A stretch of DNA of 64,000 bases, taken from Camelus ferus (lineage: Eukaryota). Position 1 is the first letter of the stretch, and each line of letters begins with the position of its first letter. The stretch covers positions 1,180,001 through 1,244,000 of the forward strand of contig NC_045697.1 in the NCBI RefSeq assembly GCF_009834535.1. Reading direction: 5' to 3'. The position numbers and the translations under genes were made by a program. Of this stretch, positions 13,020 through 24,688 are shown piece after piece. The notes beneath the pieces are model-generated. The model was not told the origin of the DNA. It worked only from the letters and a program-made list of their open reading frames with translations, and ran no database searches.

Positions 13020-13500
13020 GAAAACGTGGGAGGAGGGCTGCCCGCAAACCGGGGACCGGAGACATTTCTGAAAGAGTGGAAGCTCAGCAGGAGAGAGCCC
13101 GGAGATAGGACAGAAAACGGGGACCTCGACCCCCGTTCGGGCCGAAACAGGGCCCTCCGCAAACGGCGAGCTTTCCCGCAGGGCTCCTCCGCGGCGCCGG
13201 GCGGCCCGCGCGCGCACAGGTGCGGCGCCGGGCGGCGCGGGGGAGACCGCGGACGAGCGCCCTCAGGCGGGACGCCCCACACACGGCCCTGCGGAGCCGT
13301 GGGCGCGGCGACTCGGGAGCGCAGGGCCCCCGAGGGGGGTCCCGCCCGCGGGCGCCCCGCTCCCCGCCTCCGTGCGCGCAGGCGGCCGCCGAGGCCCGGC
13401 AGGGTGCGGGCAGGCTGCTGGCAGGGCCCGCGCAGGGCCCGCGGCACCACAAAGGGAAGGGAAAGAGGACTCGTGTTTTGGTCGATGAGCTTCCGCCGTC
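13020..13500. promoter_or_regulatory. Intronic CpG island
   Basis: About 480 bp of very GC- and CpG-dense sequence with GC boxes (cccgccc 13341, ccccgcc 13362) and an NRF1-like tgcgcgcaggcg at 13373; AT-rich on the right flank. Confidence 0.85.
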
Positions 13501-13904
13501 CTTGAATTTCTTCACTATGAACACATACTCATGTGTACATGTACTATACAGTGCCGACTTAAATAATCCCTGCATGTGATTCACACACTTAAGTAATTCA
13601 AATATTTAAATCTAAACACAGATTCAGGTCAATACTGATGTCTAACGTTAAGACATCTTAAATAAAATTAAAAAGTATAAAAGTGTGCTTTCATTTTTAT
13701 ATAAAAATAGTATTTTATAAATACATGTGCTTAGCAAGAACTCTGGAAGGCTGGACACCGAGCCGCTAACTGCGGTTAACGCTGCCTGGTGGCGCGATCA
13801 GTGACTTTTATTAGTTATTTTACATTTCTTTTCTGTACTTAAGGAATTGTTCTGTAATGAGAAATTAGTGACAAGTCGTTTTACTTCAAAAATATAAAGC
13901 ATTT

Positions 13905-14504
13905 AAAAAGTTCTAAAGGGGATTGTTTCTTTACTTTTTCTGTTGATTCATCGTTAGTGTAAAGAAATGCAACTGATTTTTGAACGTTAATCTTGTAACC
14001 TGCTACCTTGCTGAATTCTTCGATCAGCTCTAGTAGGTTTTGTGTGGACCTTTTAGGGTTTTCTATATATAGTAACATGTCGTCGGCATATAGTGACACT
14101 TTTACCTCTTCTTTTCCAATTTGGATCCTTTTATTTCTCTCTCTTGCCTGATTGCTGTGGCTAGGACTTCCAGGACTATGTTGAATAGGAGTGGTGATAG
14201 TGGGCAGCCTCGTCTTGTCCCAGATTTTAGTGGGAAGCTTTTGATTTTCTCACCGTTAAGTACTATGCTGGCTGTAGGTTTGTCATCTATAGCTTTTATT
14301 ATGTTGAGATATGCTCCCACTTCACCCACTTTGGTGAGAGTTTTTATCATTAATGGGTGTTGAATTTTATCAAAAGCTTTTTCTGCATCTATTGAGATGA
14401 TCATGAGGTTTCTGTCCTTTCTCTTGTTGATGTGATGTATCGCATTGATTGATTTGCGTATGTTGAACCACCCTTGTGTCCCTGGGATGAACCCCACTTG
14501 GTCA
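13905..14504 (-). mobile_element. Young L1 ORF2 reverse-transcriptase internal fragment
   Basis: ORFs 14102-14611 and 13881-14099 give [58 protein letters not shown]; one frameshift near 14130. Confidence 0.95.
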
Positions 14505-14958
14505 GTTAATTGCGTTAAATGTTTCTGAGGCAGCATCATAAATTCAGGGGCATTTATAGATTCTCTTATCAGAGGTAGTCTTAACAGCAACAAAGAAATG
14601 GAGGTGGTCATCAGAGCACCAGATATTTCAACACATTTCTAGAAGTCAGAAGCCACCTGTCCAGCACAAATCTGAAAACCAAGGTGGTGGGGAACAGGAA
14701 CCCGTCCCTCCTGCCCTTAGCACCGGAGCGTGCGGCTCCGGGCAGGAAGACGCCCCAGTAAGTCAACACTGTGCAAGTGGGGGCCACGTGTCCTGATACC
14801 CTACTAAGTCCCCCAAACGTGGGAGGCGCTAAATAAATATTAGCTGAATCAATAAACAGAGACCCCCCCACAACCGATCAGTATGGGATCCCCTCTTAGG
14901 AACAAACCCATGGCTAGGTGACACCTCAGTTCAGACACAGACACGGACACCAACTTAC

Positions 14959-15024
14959 AGGATGCCTGGCTGACAGTCTCCCGGTCACAGTCCCAGTCTG
15001 GTTCCACGTGGAGGAGATGGAGCC
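14959..15024 (-). CDS. POLN: POLN coding exon 14 (66 nt)
   Basis: [22 protein letters not shown] (family A TxTGRLS motif); donor GTAAGT. Confidence 0.96.
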
Positions 15025-15620
15025 CTTCATCAGTTAGAGAGAACCAGTTACAGTCCGACAAGGCTGCGCAAGGTCAAAGCACACTGGACTCGTCAGCCTC
15101 TCGGCTGCAGCGTGCACCGTTCACTGCTCCACTCCAGAGACCCCTGAGTCACTGCCCTGAGCTCCCAACCCGAACCGTCCTCGGGGTCACAAAACTCCTA
15201 CGTGTGGTCACGGGTGAAGGAGATTCTCTTCTAGCCCACGCAATAGGACACGTGGGCCAATGCGCCATGGGCTCAGCATGGACTCAGCGTGGGGCTGTGC
15301 ACGTTGCCGTGTGGCCTCAGACAAGTCACAGAACACCTCTGACTGCAGACTCCTCATGTATGAACTAAAACAATATCTCCCTAAATGACTGCTGAAGAGA
15401 GATGCAGAAATAGATGTGAAAGCGTGTGGCCAGCAGCAGAGCTGCCACGTAAATGTGAGATGTTAAGGAATAATGTCAACTTATGCTATAGACCTGAATG
15501 ATAACAAAATCATAGTTCATAGTTTTAAGAATATTAGGTTATTTAAAGAAATTCTACATGTGTTTGAACTCATGTGTAAACCATATTCCTAATCAAAATA
15601 TCTTTTTTAGCTTTAGTTAC

Positions 15621-15674
15621 CTTTTTCATGCAAGCAAGTAATCCATCTACAAAAGTTGACTTGATCTTGTGAGC
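15621..15674 (-). CDS. POLN: POLN coding exon 13 (54 nt)
   Basis: AHKIKSTFVDGLLACMKK; AG/GT boundaries. Confidence 0.96.
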
Positions 15675-16542
15675 CTGGATTACAAAGACAAAAATAATCA
15701 CTTTCTTTGTTCAAGTGTTTAAATTAGGAGCAAGCATCAAAGCAGTGCTTCACGGGGTGCTGGGTGTGTGCCGCTGATGCCACCTCAGACAACTCCAGGA
15801 GGCCCTGGAGTGGCCTCCGGTGGTGCCCAGAAATAAATAACAATGACCAACAGACAGAGGTGTCACCCTACCCCTTTTAAAGTCAAAATGAACTTTTTGT
15901 TCTGGAATAATTCTTTTCACAGAAAAGTTGCACAGATAAATGGGGAGTTCTCGAATACCCGCCCTCCAGCATGTCCTGAGGGACCCCTTCTCCGTCCACT
16001 CTCAGTCCACGCTCCTGTCACACCTCTCGAGCTGCCCAGCCCTGACAAGGACAGCAGTCAATCACCACAGTCGCTTATGCGAACAGACCGCAGGTGTGTG
16101 AACACAGAAACACGAGTAGCTAGAAGAGGACAGAAGAGCGTGTCTGGAAGTCAGTAAATACCAGTGCAAGACGGCAGAGCGCGGCCTGGCCTAGAAATGG
16201 GCAGGGGCTCCTGGGAGAGGCCTCTAAGCTCGGGACTAAGGGCGCCCAGCTCACACTGCAGCCACATGAGGAGGATGCACTGGATACGTCCCTCTGGATT
16301 TCCATTCGTTCTCTTCCGTTTGTGACTCCTTTGGTTCACGATGCTGAGCAGGGCAGTTTGTAGACTTGAGTAATAGCATGTCTGGGCACAAGTAAGCAGG
16401 GCTAACTCGAGGGCAACCCGAACCAACCCTGTTCCCTTTAGAACACTGTCGGGGCTACTCCAGTGACCACGGATTTGAGAACAGACCCGGTGCCGCGTGG
16501 TTCCCCTTCATTACCAACTTACGCACAAAAAAATTAACTTAC

Positions 16543-16599
16543 CTGCCTATATTCCAAAATTATTTTGGGTAGTGGATGAAGGTCTTGCAGAGCATTTAA
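16543..16599 (-). CDS. POLN: POLN coding exon 12 (57 nt)
   Basis: LNALQDLHPLPKIILEYRQ (family A HP...ILEYR motif); donor CAG/GTAAGT. Confidence 0.96.
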
Positions 16600-16929
16600 C
16601 TAAAAAAAAGAATAAATGTCATCAATATAATTCCTTCATTTAATTTTAACATTTCAAACACTTATTTTCAGCTAGAGAAAGCCCTAATAATAAATGGTCT
16701 ATCTTGAGCATATTTTCCAAAAGACTCATAATAAACTCAGTTTATCAAGTGTCTTAATCTTAACCCCCTGCAAAATCATTATTATGGGAGATAAAAGTAC
16801 TCACATGAGCTTGGAAATAAGATTTATTTCCTCTTGAGACTTAGTGAGTAACTCACTAGTGTGGGGACACCCACATCTGAGTCACAATTATCTAGGTGTA
16901 AAGTCAGGGAGGTAACACTGGAGTGTGAT

Positions 16930-18890
16930 TATGGGTTTTAAAGTTAATCTCAGGAAGCCAAAATATACATAAGAGAAAGTACAAGATCATACGAACACAG
17001 CTTGTTAAATTATCACAAAGTAAGCACCCTTGGGTACTGTCACCCAGAGGGAACATTCCAGTTTCCCAAGCAGCTCTCTGCTTCCCCTACCACCCTCCCC
17101 AGAGGTAACCGCCACCCTGACCTCGACCAGCAAGACCAAGACCACGTCTTCCAGGTTCTGAACCTCCTATCAGTGGGACAGGATAGGTGCTCTTTGTGCG
17201 TGGCTTCTTTTGTTCAACATCGTGGTTTTAAGACTGGGCCTTGTGTGAAGCGGTATTTCATTTACTTGCACTGCTGTATGGAATTGTTTGAACACAGGAC
17301 AATTATTTATCCATTCTGTCCTTCATGGATATGGGATTGTTTCCACTTCAGATACATAGATTTTGGTTAACATACATCCACAGTATTTTGGTAATGCATG
17401 CCAATGGAATACTACACACCCATAAAAAGAATAAAATAATGCCATTTGCAGCAACATGGATGGACCTGGAGACTGTCATTCTAAGTGAAATAAGCCAGAA
17501 AGAGAAAGAAAAATACTCTATGATATCACTCATATGCAGAATCTTTAAAAAGAGAAAAAGAAGACACTAATGAACTTAACTACAAAACAGAAACAGACTC
17601 ACAGACATAGTAAACAATCTTATGGTTACTGGGGGAAAGGGGGTGGGAAGGGATAAATTTGGCAGTTTGAGATTTGTGAATGTTAACCACTATATAGAAA
17701 AATATATTTTAAAAAGTTTTCTTTACACCACAGGAAACTATAGTCAATATCTTATAATAACTGTCAATGAAAAAGAATATGAAAATGAATGCATGTGTGT
17801 ATAAGCATGAATGGGACATTGTGCTGTACACCAGAGAGTGACACATTGTGACTGACTGTACTTCAATTAAAAAATTTAAAAAAAGGAGGAGTGAGGTTGC
17901 CGGGTCCGCGGAGTAGAGCTAACACCAGCCTGTCCTCCAGAGTAGGCGCGCCGGTTTACGTCCCCGTCACCAGTGCATGGCACTGCTGCTCCACGTCTTC
18001 GCCAACACACATTATCGTAGGTCTTAATTTTAGCCCTCTGGTAAATGCGAAGCCTTATTTCACTGTAGCTCTAGTGTGCATTTCCCTAATAAAGTCAGCA
18101 TTATTCAAACGTTTATTGACTAATTGTGTATCTTCTTTTATTAAACCCCTGTTCATGTTTTCTGTCCATTTAAAACATTGGTTTGTGTGTCTCTTTCTTC
18201 TGGATTTATAGAAATTCATTATTCTGGGCAGGGTTTCCTTTAGTTTGCTCTCCCTGGTGAGATATCTTCTACCCTTCTGTGGCTTGCTTTTTCACTTTTT
18301 AATAGTGTCTCTTCATAAACGCATTCTTAGTTTTACTGTTGCCCAGTTTATCGGTTTCTTCCCTTACACTTGATGCATTTTGTGTCCTGTTTAAGGATGC
18401 TTATCTACCTCAAGGTCTTGGAAATATTCTTTTATGGCACCTTCTACAACCTTTGTTTTACGAAACACAGTTCACGAGAATTTATTTCTGCGCGTGATGT
18501 GAAGTAGCGGCCAAGATGCACCGGCCCTGCACATAACAAGCCCTCCTCACGACAGAGACCGCGCATTTTACACATACACGTGAGGTCTGTGTGCAGAGTC
18601 CCTGTCCTGGCCCACTGGTCTACTTGTTTCTCCTTGAACTGGTAATACGTTGAACTGATCAGTTCCTCGTAACTCTGTTGTTTCCCTACTGCTCTTGATA
18701 CGCAGTAGGCCTCTTCCCGAGATCATCTTGGCTCATCTTAGTTTTTGCATGTCCATATATGTTTGGGATTCAGCTTGCCAATATCTACCAAAAACTCCTG
18801 CTAGGGTATTAGTGAGGATCACTTTGAATCTATGAAGCAATCTGGGGGAGAACTGATGATACAATTTTAATGTATAAACCACAGAACTGT
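16930..18890 (-). mobile_element. Old L1 3' region, interrupted by a younger L1 tail
   Basis: T-rich reverse L1 motifs (tgtgcatttccctaat, cagcttgccaatatctaccaaaaactcctgctagggtatt). Confidence 0.75.
17398..17884 (+). mobile_element. Lineage-specific L1 3' end
   Basis: ORF2 C-terminus KKNKIMPFAATWMDLETVILSEISQKEKEKY, then 3'UTR and A-tail; same family as 25914-26654. Confidence 0.92.
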
Positions 18891-19329
18891 ACTCTCCGTT
18901 TGCATAAAGACTGAGGACCCAAGTCTTGGCCGGCCACAGAAACCAACACTGGTGTCCTTGGAATACGCACCGCCCAGAGGGAGGAGTCCTGCCTCAGTGT
19001 CATCCAGAATTGCAGTTTTTTAGAAAAGCTGTCCCTAGGGGGATGAAAGTGCATGAAGATACTCAGCCAAGAAAACTGCTGAAGATCAACTAACTCTCCT
19101 TTTCCTGATACCTTACTCACAAAATAACTTTCTAACCACAGTCTCCCTGTGTATCTTGAATCGAGCTGTCTGAGAACACTTGAAAAGAATTAAGTGTTTG
19201 ATTTCCTTAAACTCTGGATAAAGCCCTGCTGTGCCGGTGAACGATCAGAGGCAGAGGCCGTGGCCACCTGCCACCCCACAAGCCCGAGCACACGCCCCCT
19301 GTTGGCTCCCGACACCGCACTCTCCTCTC

Positions 19330-20830
19330 CCTCCCCACCGTGGCCCCTCGGTAGCCTGCAGCCTCTGCGGGTACCTCTCCTCTGTCTGACCCTGAATGTC
19401 AGTGTCGCAGAGATCAGTTCTGTGGTTATCAGTGTCGGCTACTGTACAGAATCAGTGGGGAGCTTCAAAAACATGTATGTGACTGGGCCACCCAGCCCAC
19501 AGACCCTGATTCTGTGGGTCAGTATGGGTCTGGGCATGAGTGTTTTCCCAAAGCTCCTGCCAGGGCGGAGGACCACTGTCCCAGGCGGTCACCTGCCCGA
19601 CTTTAATAAAGTCAGCTGACCACTTCCAAGTGTGCATCTCCAGCACAAGACTTCTCCTCAGACCCAAATGCTCGTGAGACGTCTCTGTGTCAAGTCTTCT
19701 GAACACTTCTGTCTTAACGTGCCCAAGATCGAACCATGTCCCCCCTTCCCAGTAAACTGCTCCTCCCCCAGTTTTCTCTGAGTAGCAAACATCTCTATCT
19801 GCTCAGGTGCACAACTAAGAAAACCAGGAATTCCTCTGCATTCACACCCATAGAAGTTCCCTTCTGTTCTAAAAACGCTCTGAAAACATGTCTGCTGTGC
19901 TCCATCTTCACGGCCACCACTTGGACTCCAGGGCTATCAGATCCCACACTACAGCCACAGCCTCTCCAACCAGCTACAAGAGTGGTCTTTTTAAAACATA
20001 GCTAATGCCTGTCAAACTGGCCAAAATCCAGGACGCTGACACCACCACTTGCGGGCGAGGACATGGAGCAAACGAGGACTCTCCTCACTGCTGGTGGGAG
20101 CACAGAATGGCGCAGCCACCTTGGAAGAGGGCTAATCTAGGCCATGTGGCTCTGGGGAGGTAGTGAGCTAGTCAGAGGAAGTCTTCGATCTGTGTGGAAC
20201 AAGCAAACAAGTAACTAGATAACTTTAGGTAACAGCAAGTTGTATGCAGAAAACAAATCAAAGTGAAGAAATAGGCTGCAGCTGGGGGCCTGTCATCTGT
20301 GACCAAAGAAGGTCTTTCTGGAAGCAGTACTTAAGCTGACAGTCAGAAACCAGCTATGCAAAACCTGTGGTAAGAGTCTCCAGCATGAAGACAGAGCTTC
20401 TGCAGGAATCCTCGGGGCAGCAAGCGTGCTAAGGAGGGTGGGGAGGGAGGAGGGAGGGAGGTCAGAGAAGGGGCAAGGCCAGACCCACAGGCCTAGGGGG
20501 ACAGACCCCAGAGCCTGGATTTTATTTGAAGTGTCATGCAAAGCCACTGGAAGTTCAAGGCCGGGGAGCGACAGGATTTTTCTAACGCTTTTAAAGATCA
20601 TCCTGCCTGGGTGTGATGGGCCACCAGCAGGGAAAGGGCAGAAGCCGGGCGACCACTTAGGAGGCTCTGGGGCAGTCTAAGCGGGAGGAGACTGAGGCGG
20701 TGACAGGGAAGACGGAGGCAAGCAGGCAGACTCACGGCATGTTTTTGTAGGCAGACGCCGTAAACTTGCCATGGGGTGAGCATGAAAGAGAATCAAAGAT
20801 GACTCCTAGGATTTTGGATGAAGTAGCTAA
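19330..20830. mobile_element. Two L2 fragments in opposite orientation (about 19330-20005 and 20150-20830), with a MER5-like hAT remnant at about 19440-19580
   Basis: L2 motifs cagctacaagagtggtctttttaaaacata and gaatcaaagatgactcctaggattttgg; MER5-like agaatcagtggggagcttcaaaaa...gattctgtgggtc. Confidence 0.65.
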
Positions 20831-21888
20831 TAATAACAGCCAATACTGACTGCTCTTTGAGAGCTCATAGCTCCTAAATACTGTTCTATACCACCACCAC
20901 ACACACACGCACACGCACACGCACACGCACACACGCCGAATCCTCACGCGATTCCAGTAGTGAAAGCACTTTTATCATGTTTCTTTTACAGATCAGGAAA
21001 CTGAGGCACAGAGCAGTCAAGTAACGTGTCCTACACTGTGCGGCTGGACGAGGGCTGACCCCCAGCCCTTGCTCTACCACTGCCAGCTCCCGAGCACACA
21101 GGAGGAGGACGCTCCCCGAGGTGGGGAAGGCTCGGGGGGAAGGGCAGATTTCAGCGCCTTCAGGGGAGCATCACTCCCTGCCTGACCCGCCGAGGGCCAG
21201 CCTGGGGACAGCGGCAAGCAAGGGGCTGAGAAGAGCGGAGTGCGGTGCGGAAGAGGCAGCGTGCGCAGGGGAGTCTAGAGGGAAACCGTCCTCGGCTGCA
21301 GAGGCCAACGCTGGACAGAGAGGCACAGAGAGACGAGCCGGGTCTCACCACAGCAACACAAAACCACCTGCTTGCTGACACCCTCCACAGGCTTCCCGTG
21401 ATACCAGGTACTGGATTCTCAATACTTGTTTATACTCTGCCACTGTGTTAGAGTAGACGCTCACTGCTCCGTGTTTTAAAAATGTTTTCTTCTCCAGAGA
21501 AGGGTAGACAAAATGTTCTAAAGTAAACCCAGGGCAAGAAGATCTCTCCCATTTCTGGTCTCACAAGGGCATGAAACAAAGCGGTTGTGTCTAGATGGTC
21601 AAGAATTTGGTTTTCAGAACAAAATGCCATCACACTGTCTTTGCAGAAAATAAAGCTAACTTACTGCTTCTGGAACACTGTACCATAACCCTCTGTGTCC
21701 TTGGCTCATAACTAGGAGGGGAACCTTGGGGTGGGGGCACCTTTTCTGCCGTAAAAAGGAAATGGTCCATGGTGGTCGCCACCAGCCTGTCCCGCCACAA
21801 GAAGCTCAGGTGGGTCTGAGAGTCCACGTACACGTGCTGTGGACACACTGTTGTTTCAAAAAGCAAAGGGCCACTTTTCGAACCTTAC

Positions 21889-21984
21889 CACGGCTTCTGA
21901 AGTGGACGGGGGTCTCTGCAGCCCAGTTCTGGGGAAGGTCTCCCTTGGACAGAGCAGGTGCAGCCTGAGCTTGCCAAACAGGAT
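21889..21984 (-). CDS. POLN: POLN coding exon 11 (96 nt)
   Basis: [32 protein letters not shown]; acceptor ttctgcag, donor GTAAG. Confidence 0.95.
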
Positions 21985-22317
21985 CTGCAGAAGAAGCAGT
22001 CACGGGAGGTGAGCGGGTCCCAGGCCTGAGGGGGCCGCACACCCGTGACAGCTAGAGGACCTGCCAGAGAAGACACGCCCATCAGGGGGTTACAAGAAAC
22101 TGAAATTCTGACTTTCTACTTCTCTTGGATTTAAAGGCTTTGAAGTAATGAATCTCAATGTGAGAGAACACGAACAGCTTACATGCTTTTTGGATAAATT
22201 ATTAAAAATTCATAACATTTAACACTACGATAAAGAAATTTATAAACGCAGAATAAATCTCCCTTTGATCCCTGAATAAGAAACATATGTTATAGAAGAA
22301 CCAAGCCTTAGCTTTAC

Positions 22318-22401
22318 CTCCCGAAGCTGATTACTGCTCGTTGTAAGAAACTGTTCTCCTGCAACAAAATGGGCTTCTTGCTCCAATTCCTTGAGACGAG
22401 A
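22318..22401 (-). CDS. POLN: POLN coding exon 10 (84 nt)
   Basis: [28 protein letters not shown] (thumb subdomain); AG/GT boundaries. Confidence 0.96.
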
Positions 22402-24368
22402 CTACAAATGTGATAAACACAATCTTATTAACAGTTCTTACAATTTAAGATTATTGAATTTGTTCATGAAACAATTCTCAACAAAAGATCTTATAAGAAT
22501 AAAAAATAGCGTAAAACTTACCAAAATGGACATTAGAAAATACATATTTTGACCTGTGGAACACTCAGACTCATACAATCACTCTCCTAAGTGAAGGTAA
22601 CCTAAGAAAGCAAACTGAAAGAAGCAATAATACACCAAAATGAGGGAGGGAAAGAATGAATTCCCCAGCAACATTATGACCGGTAAAGGGATCCAGCATC
22701 ATACCACAAACTGCAAAACTTCCACAGCGTCCCACGACAGAAGAGTCAGGACGAAGCTGCACCGTGACCACAGCGATTGCAACGCAGGGCCTCCCCTCCC
22801 AACAGAGGAGCAGCTACGGAGAATGAGCGGTAAGGCTCTGAACGGCCAACACAACTGGGACATAGCCGGGGTGAGGGGCGGGAGGCGTGGGAGGCCCAGG
22901 TGTACCTTGTGAAACAGCTGATGAACACAGTGCTGAGCGGAGCAGTAGGACATGCTGAATTTACGAACCCCTCACCCCCTCACCACTTAGGTCAGAAGAA
23001 AAGTAGGAGACCAAGACTTTTAAAAAATTATTATAAAAGAAAAAGAGAGCAGAGTCTAGACCAACCGACTCTGGGGAAACCAACTCTGCATTGTACCTTT
23101 ATCAGACAAGAGCTGTCTTCAGGCTGAAAGACATTTATAAGCAGGGTCCAGGGAACCCAGAAGCAGGGCAAGCATGATGCAACAAAACAGCACTAGGCAA
23201 AAAGAAGAACCCCGAAACAACCACCTCGGTTAGTACACCAAAATTCTGCAGTCAAAGAAATGATAAAAAGAAGGAGCAAAGCATTAAAAGACAGGTAATG
23301 GATCTCTTCAGGAATAAGTGAGACCTCAGGAAACAAAAATTTCAGTAGCAAATTCTTTGATCTCAAAGAATTAAGCGAGACCATGAGCTTCCAGTTAAAA
23401 TGGCACAGTAAATTCACACAGTAATATGTTCCTTGTGTTTACGCACACAACAGTGATGGATCGGTACAAAAAGAGAAAAGCAAACAGACAGTTTTGAACA
23501 AAACATAAACATCTCTTCAGAGCAGACATAGATGAGAAAGAACTACAAAGGAGCAGGCAGAGCAGAGGCCAAAGCCCAGCTGGACTGGGGCCAGGATCTG
23601 TCTGTCTCCAACTGCCGCCCAACAATCCACTGCGACCCACACATTGCTATGGGTCAGCAGTTTGGGTGGGGCTCAGCTAGGTGCCCCTGTGGCCTCATGG
23701 GTAGAAGTTTGCACATTCTTCATTAGACTTATCTCAAATACTTAGCCCATTGAAAATGCGTTTACTGGCTTCTTATTGACAGGATTTCTCTATACAGTCT
23801 GCATATAAGTTTTTGTCATATGCATGGAAAATACAATCAAAATCCCAAGAGGTTTTTTTTTTAAGTAGATCATGGAATTTTCTATGGAAATTCAAAGAAT
23901 ACAGAATGGCCAATACTGTGTGGAAGAACAAAGGTGGAAGAGTACAGGACATCCAGATGCATTACAAAGCTACAGTAACCGAGCCAGGGGAGCAGAACCA
24001 CACTGACAGACACATAAAACAACAGACCAGAGCAGAGCCCAGAGGAAGACCTGCACATGCACAGCGACCTGATTTGTGAAAAAGGTGCTGCTGTAACTCT
24101 GTTGGGGAAACAATGGCACTTCTAATAAATGATGCTGAAATGAATGGAAATCCATTTGGGAAAAAAGTCTTAACTGTGCTTTATACCAGGTGGAAAAATT
24201 AATTTGAAATAAATGATATACTTAAAATAATACAGTTTATAGGATGAAGCATGGGAGAGTATTGTTACCAGAGGGCAAAGACTTCTTAGCACATAAAACT
24301 CTTATTTAGGAAATAGTTCATTGGACTTGTTGAAAATGAAGAGCTTCTGTTTATCAAAGACACAGCTA

Positions 24369-24479
24369 CTGGGGGAGGGTATAGCTTAGCATGCGCTAAG
24401 TCCTGGGTTCAGTCCCCAATACCTCTTTTTAAATAAATGAATAAATCTAATTACCCTCCTCCCTACCCACACACAATAA
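24369..24479 (+). mobile_element. tRNA-derived SINE with internal deletion
   Basis: TSD aaagacacagcta at 24356-24368 and 24480-24492; same family as 10084. Confidence 0.9.
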
Positions 24480-24519
24480 AAAGACACAGCTATTGAGAGT
24501 GAAGAGACAAGCCACAGAC

Positions 24520-24688
24520 ACAGACTGGGCCAGATAGTAAATATATTAGGCTCCATGGGTCACACATGCTTTCTGTCACATATCATTCTCACATTTGTTT
24601 TTTTAATTATAAAAAACTGTTCTTAATTTGCAGGCCATATGAAAACCACAGGATGGATTTGTCCAACAGATGGATTTGCCAAACCCTG
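24520..24688. mobile_element. MER58-like hAT-Charlie DNA transposon remnant
   Basis: gggccagatagtaaatatattaggct...tttgccaaaccctg terminus. Confidence 0.65.

Noticed and set aside
12987..13584. Overlapping 119-166 aa Arg/Gly/Pro/Ala-rich ORFs
   Set aside because: Expected from stop-codon scarcity in a CpG island; no recognisable domain.
13881..14611. Stand-alone reverse transcriptase gene
   Set aside because: Frameshifted L1 ORF2 fragment; the ORF N-terminus comes from unrelated flanking sequence.
1..14958. Next POLN exon (expected NIQGISKHPIQI-like)
   Set aside because: Not found by eye; probably lies left of the window, so it is not called.
15025..15620. U12-type intron suggested by the branch point close to the acceptor
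   Set aside because: The donor is GTAACT, not the U12 consensus GTATCCTT.
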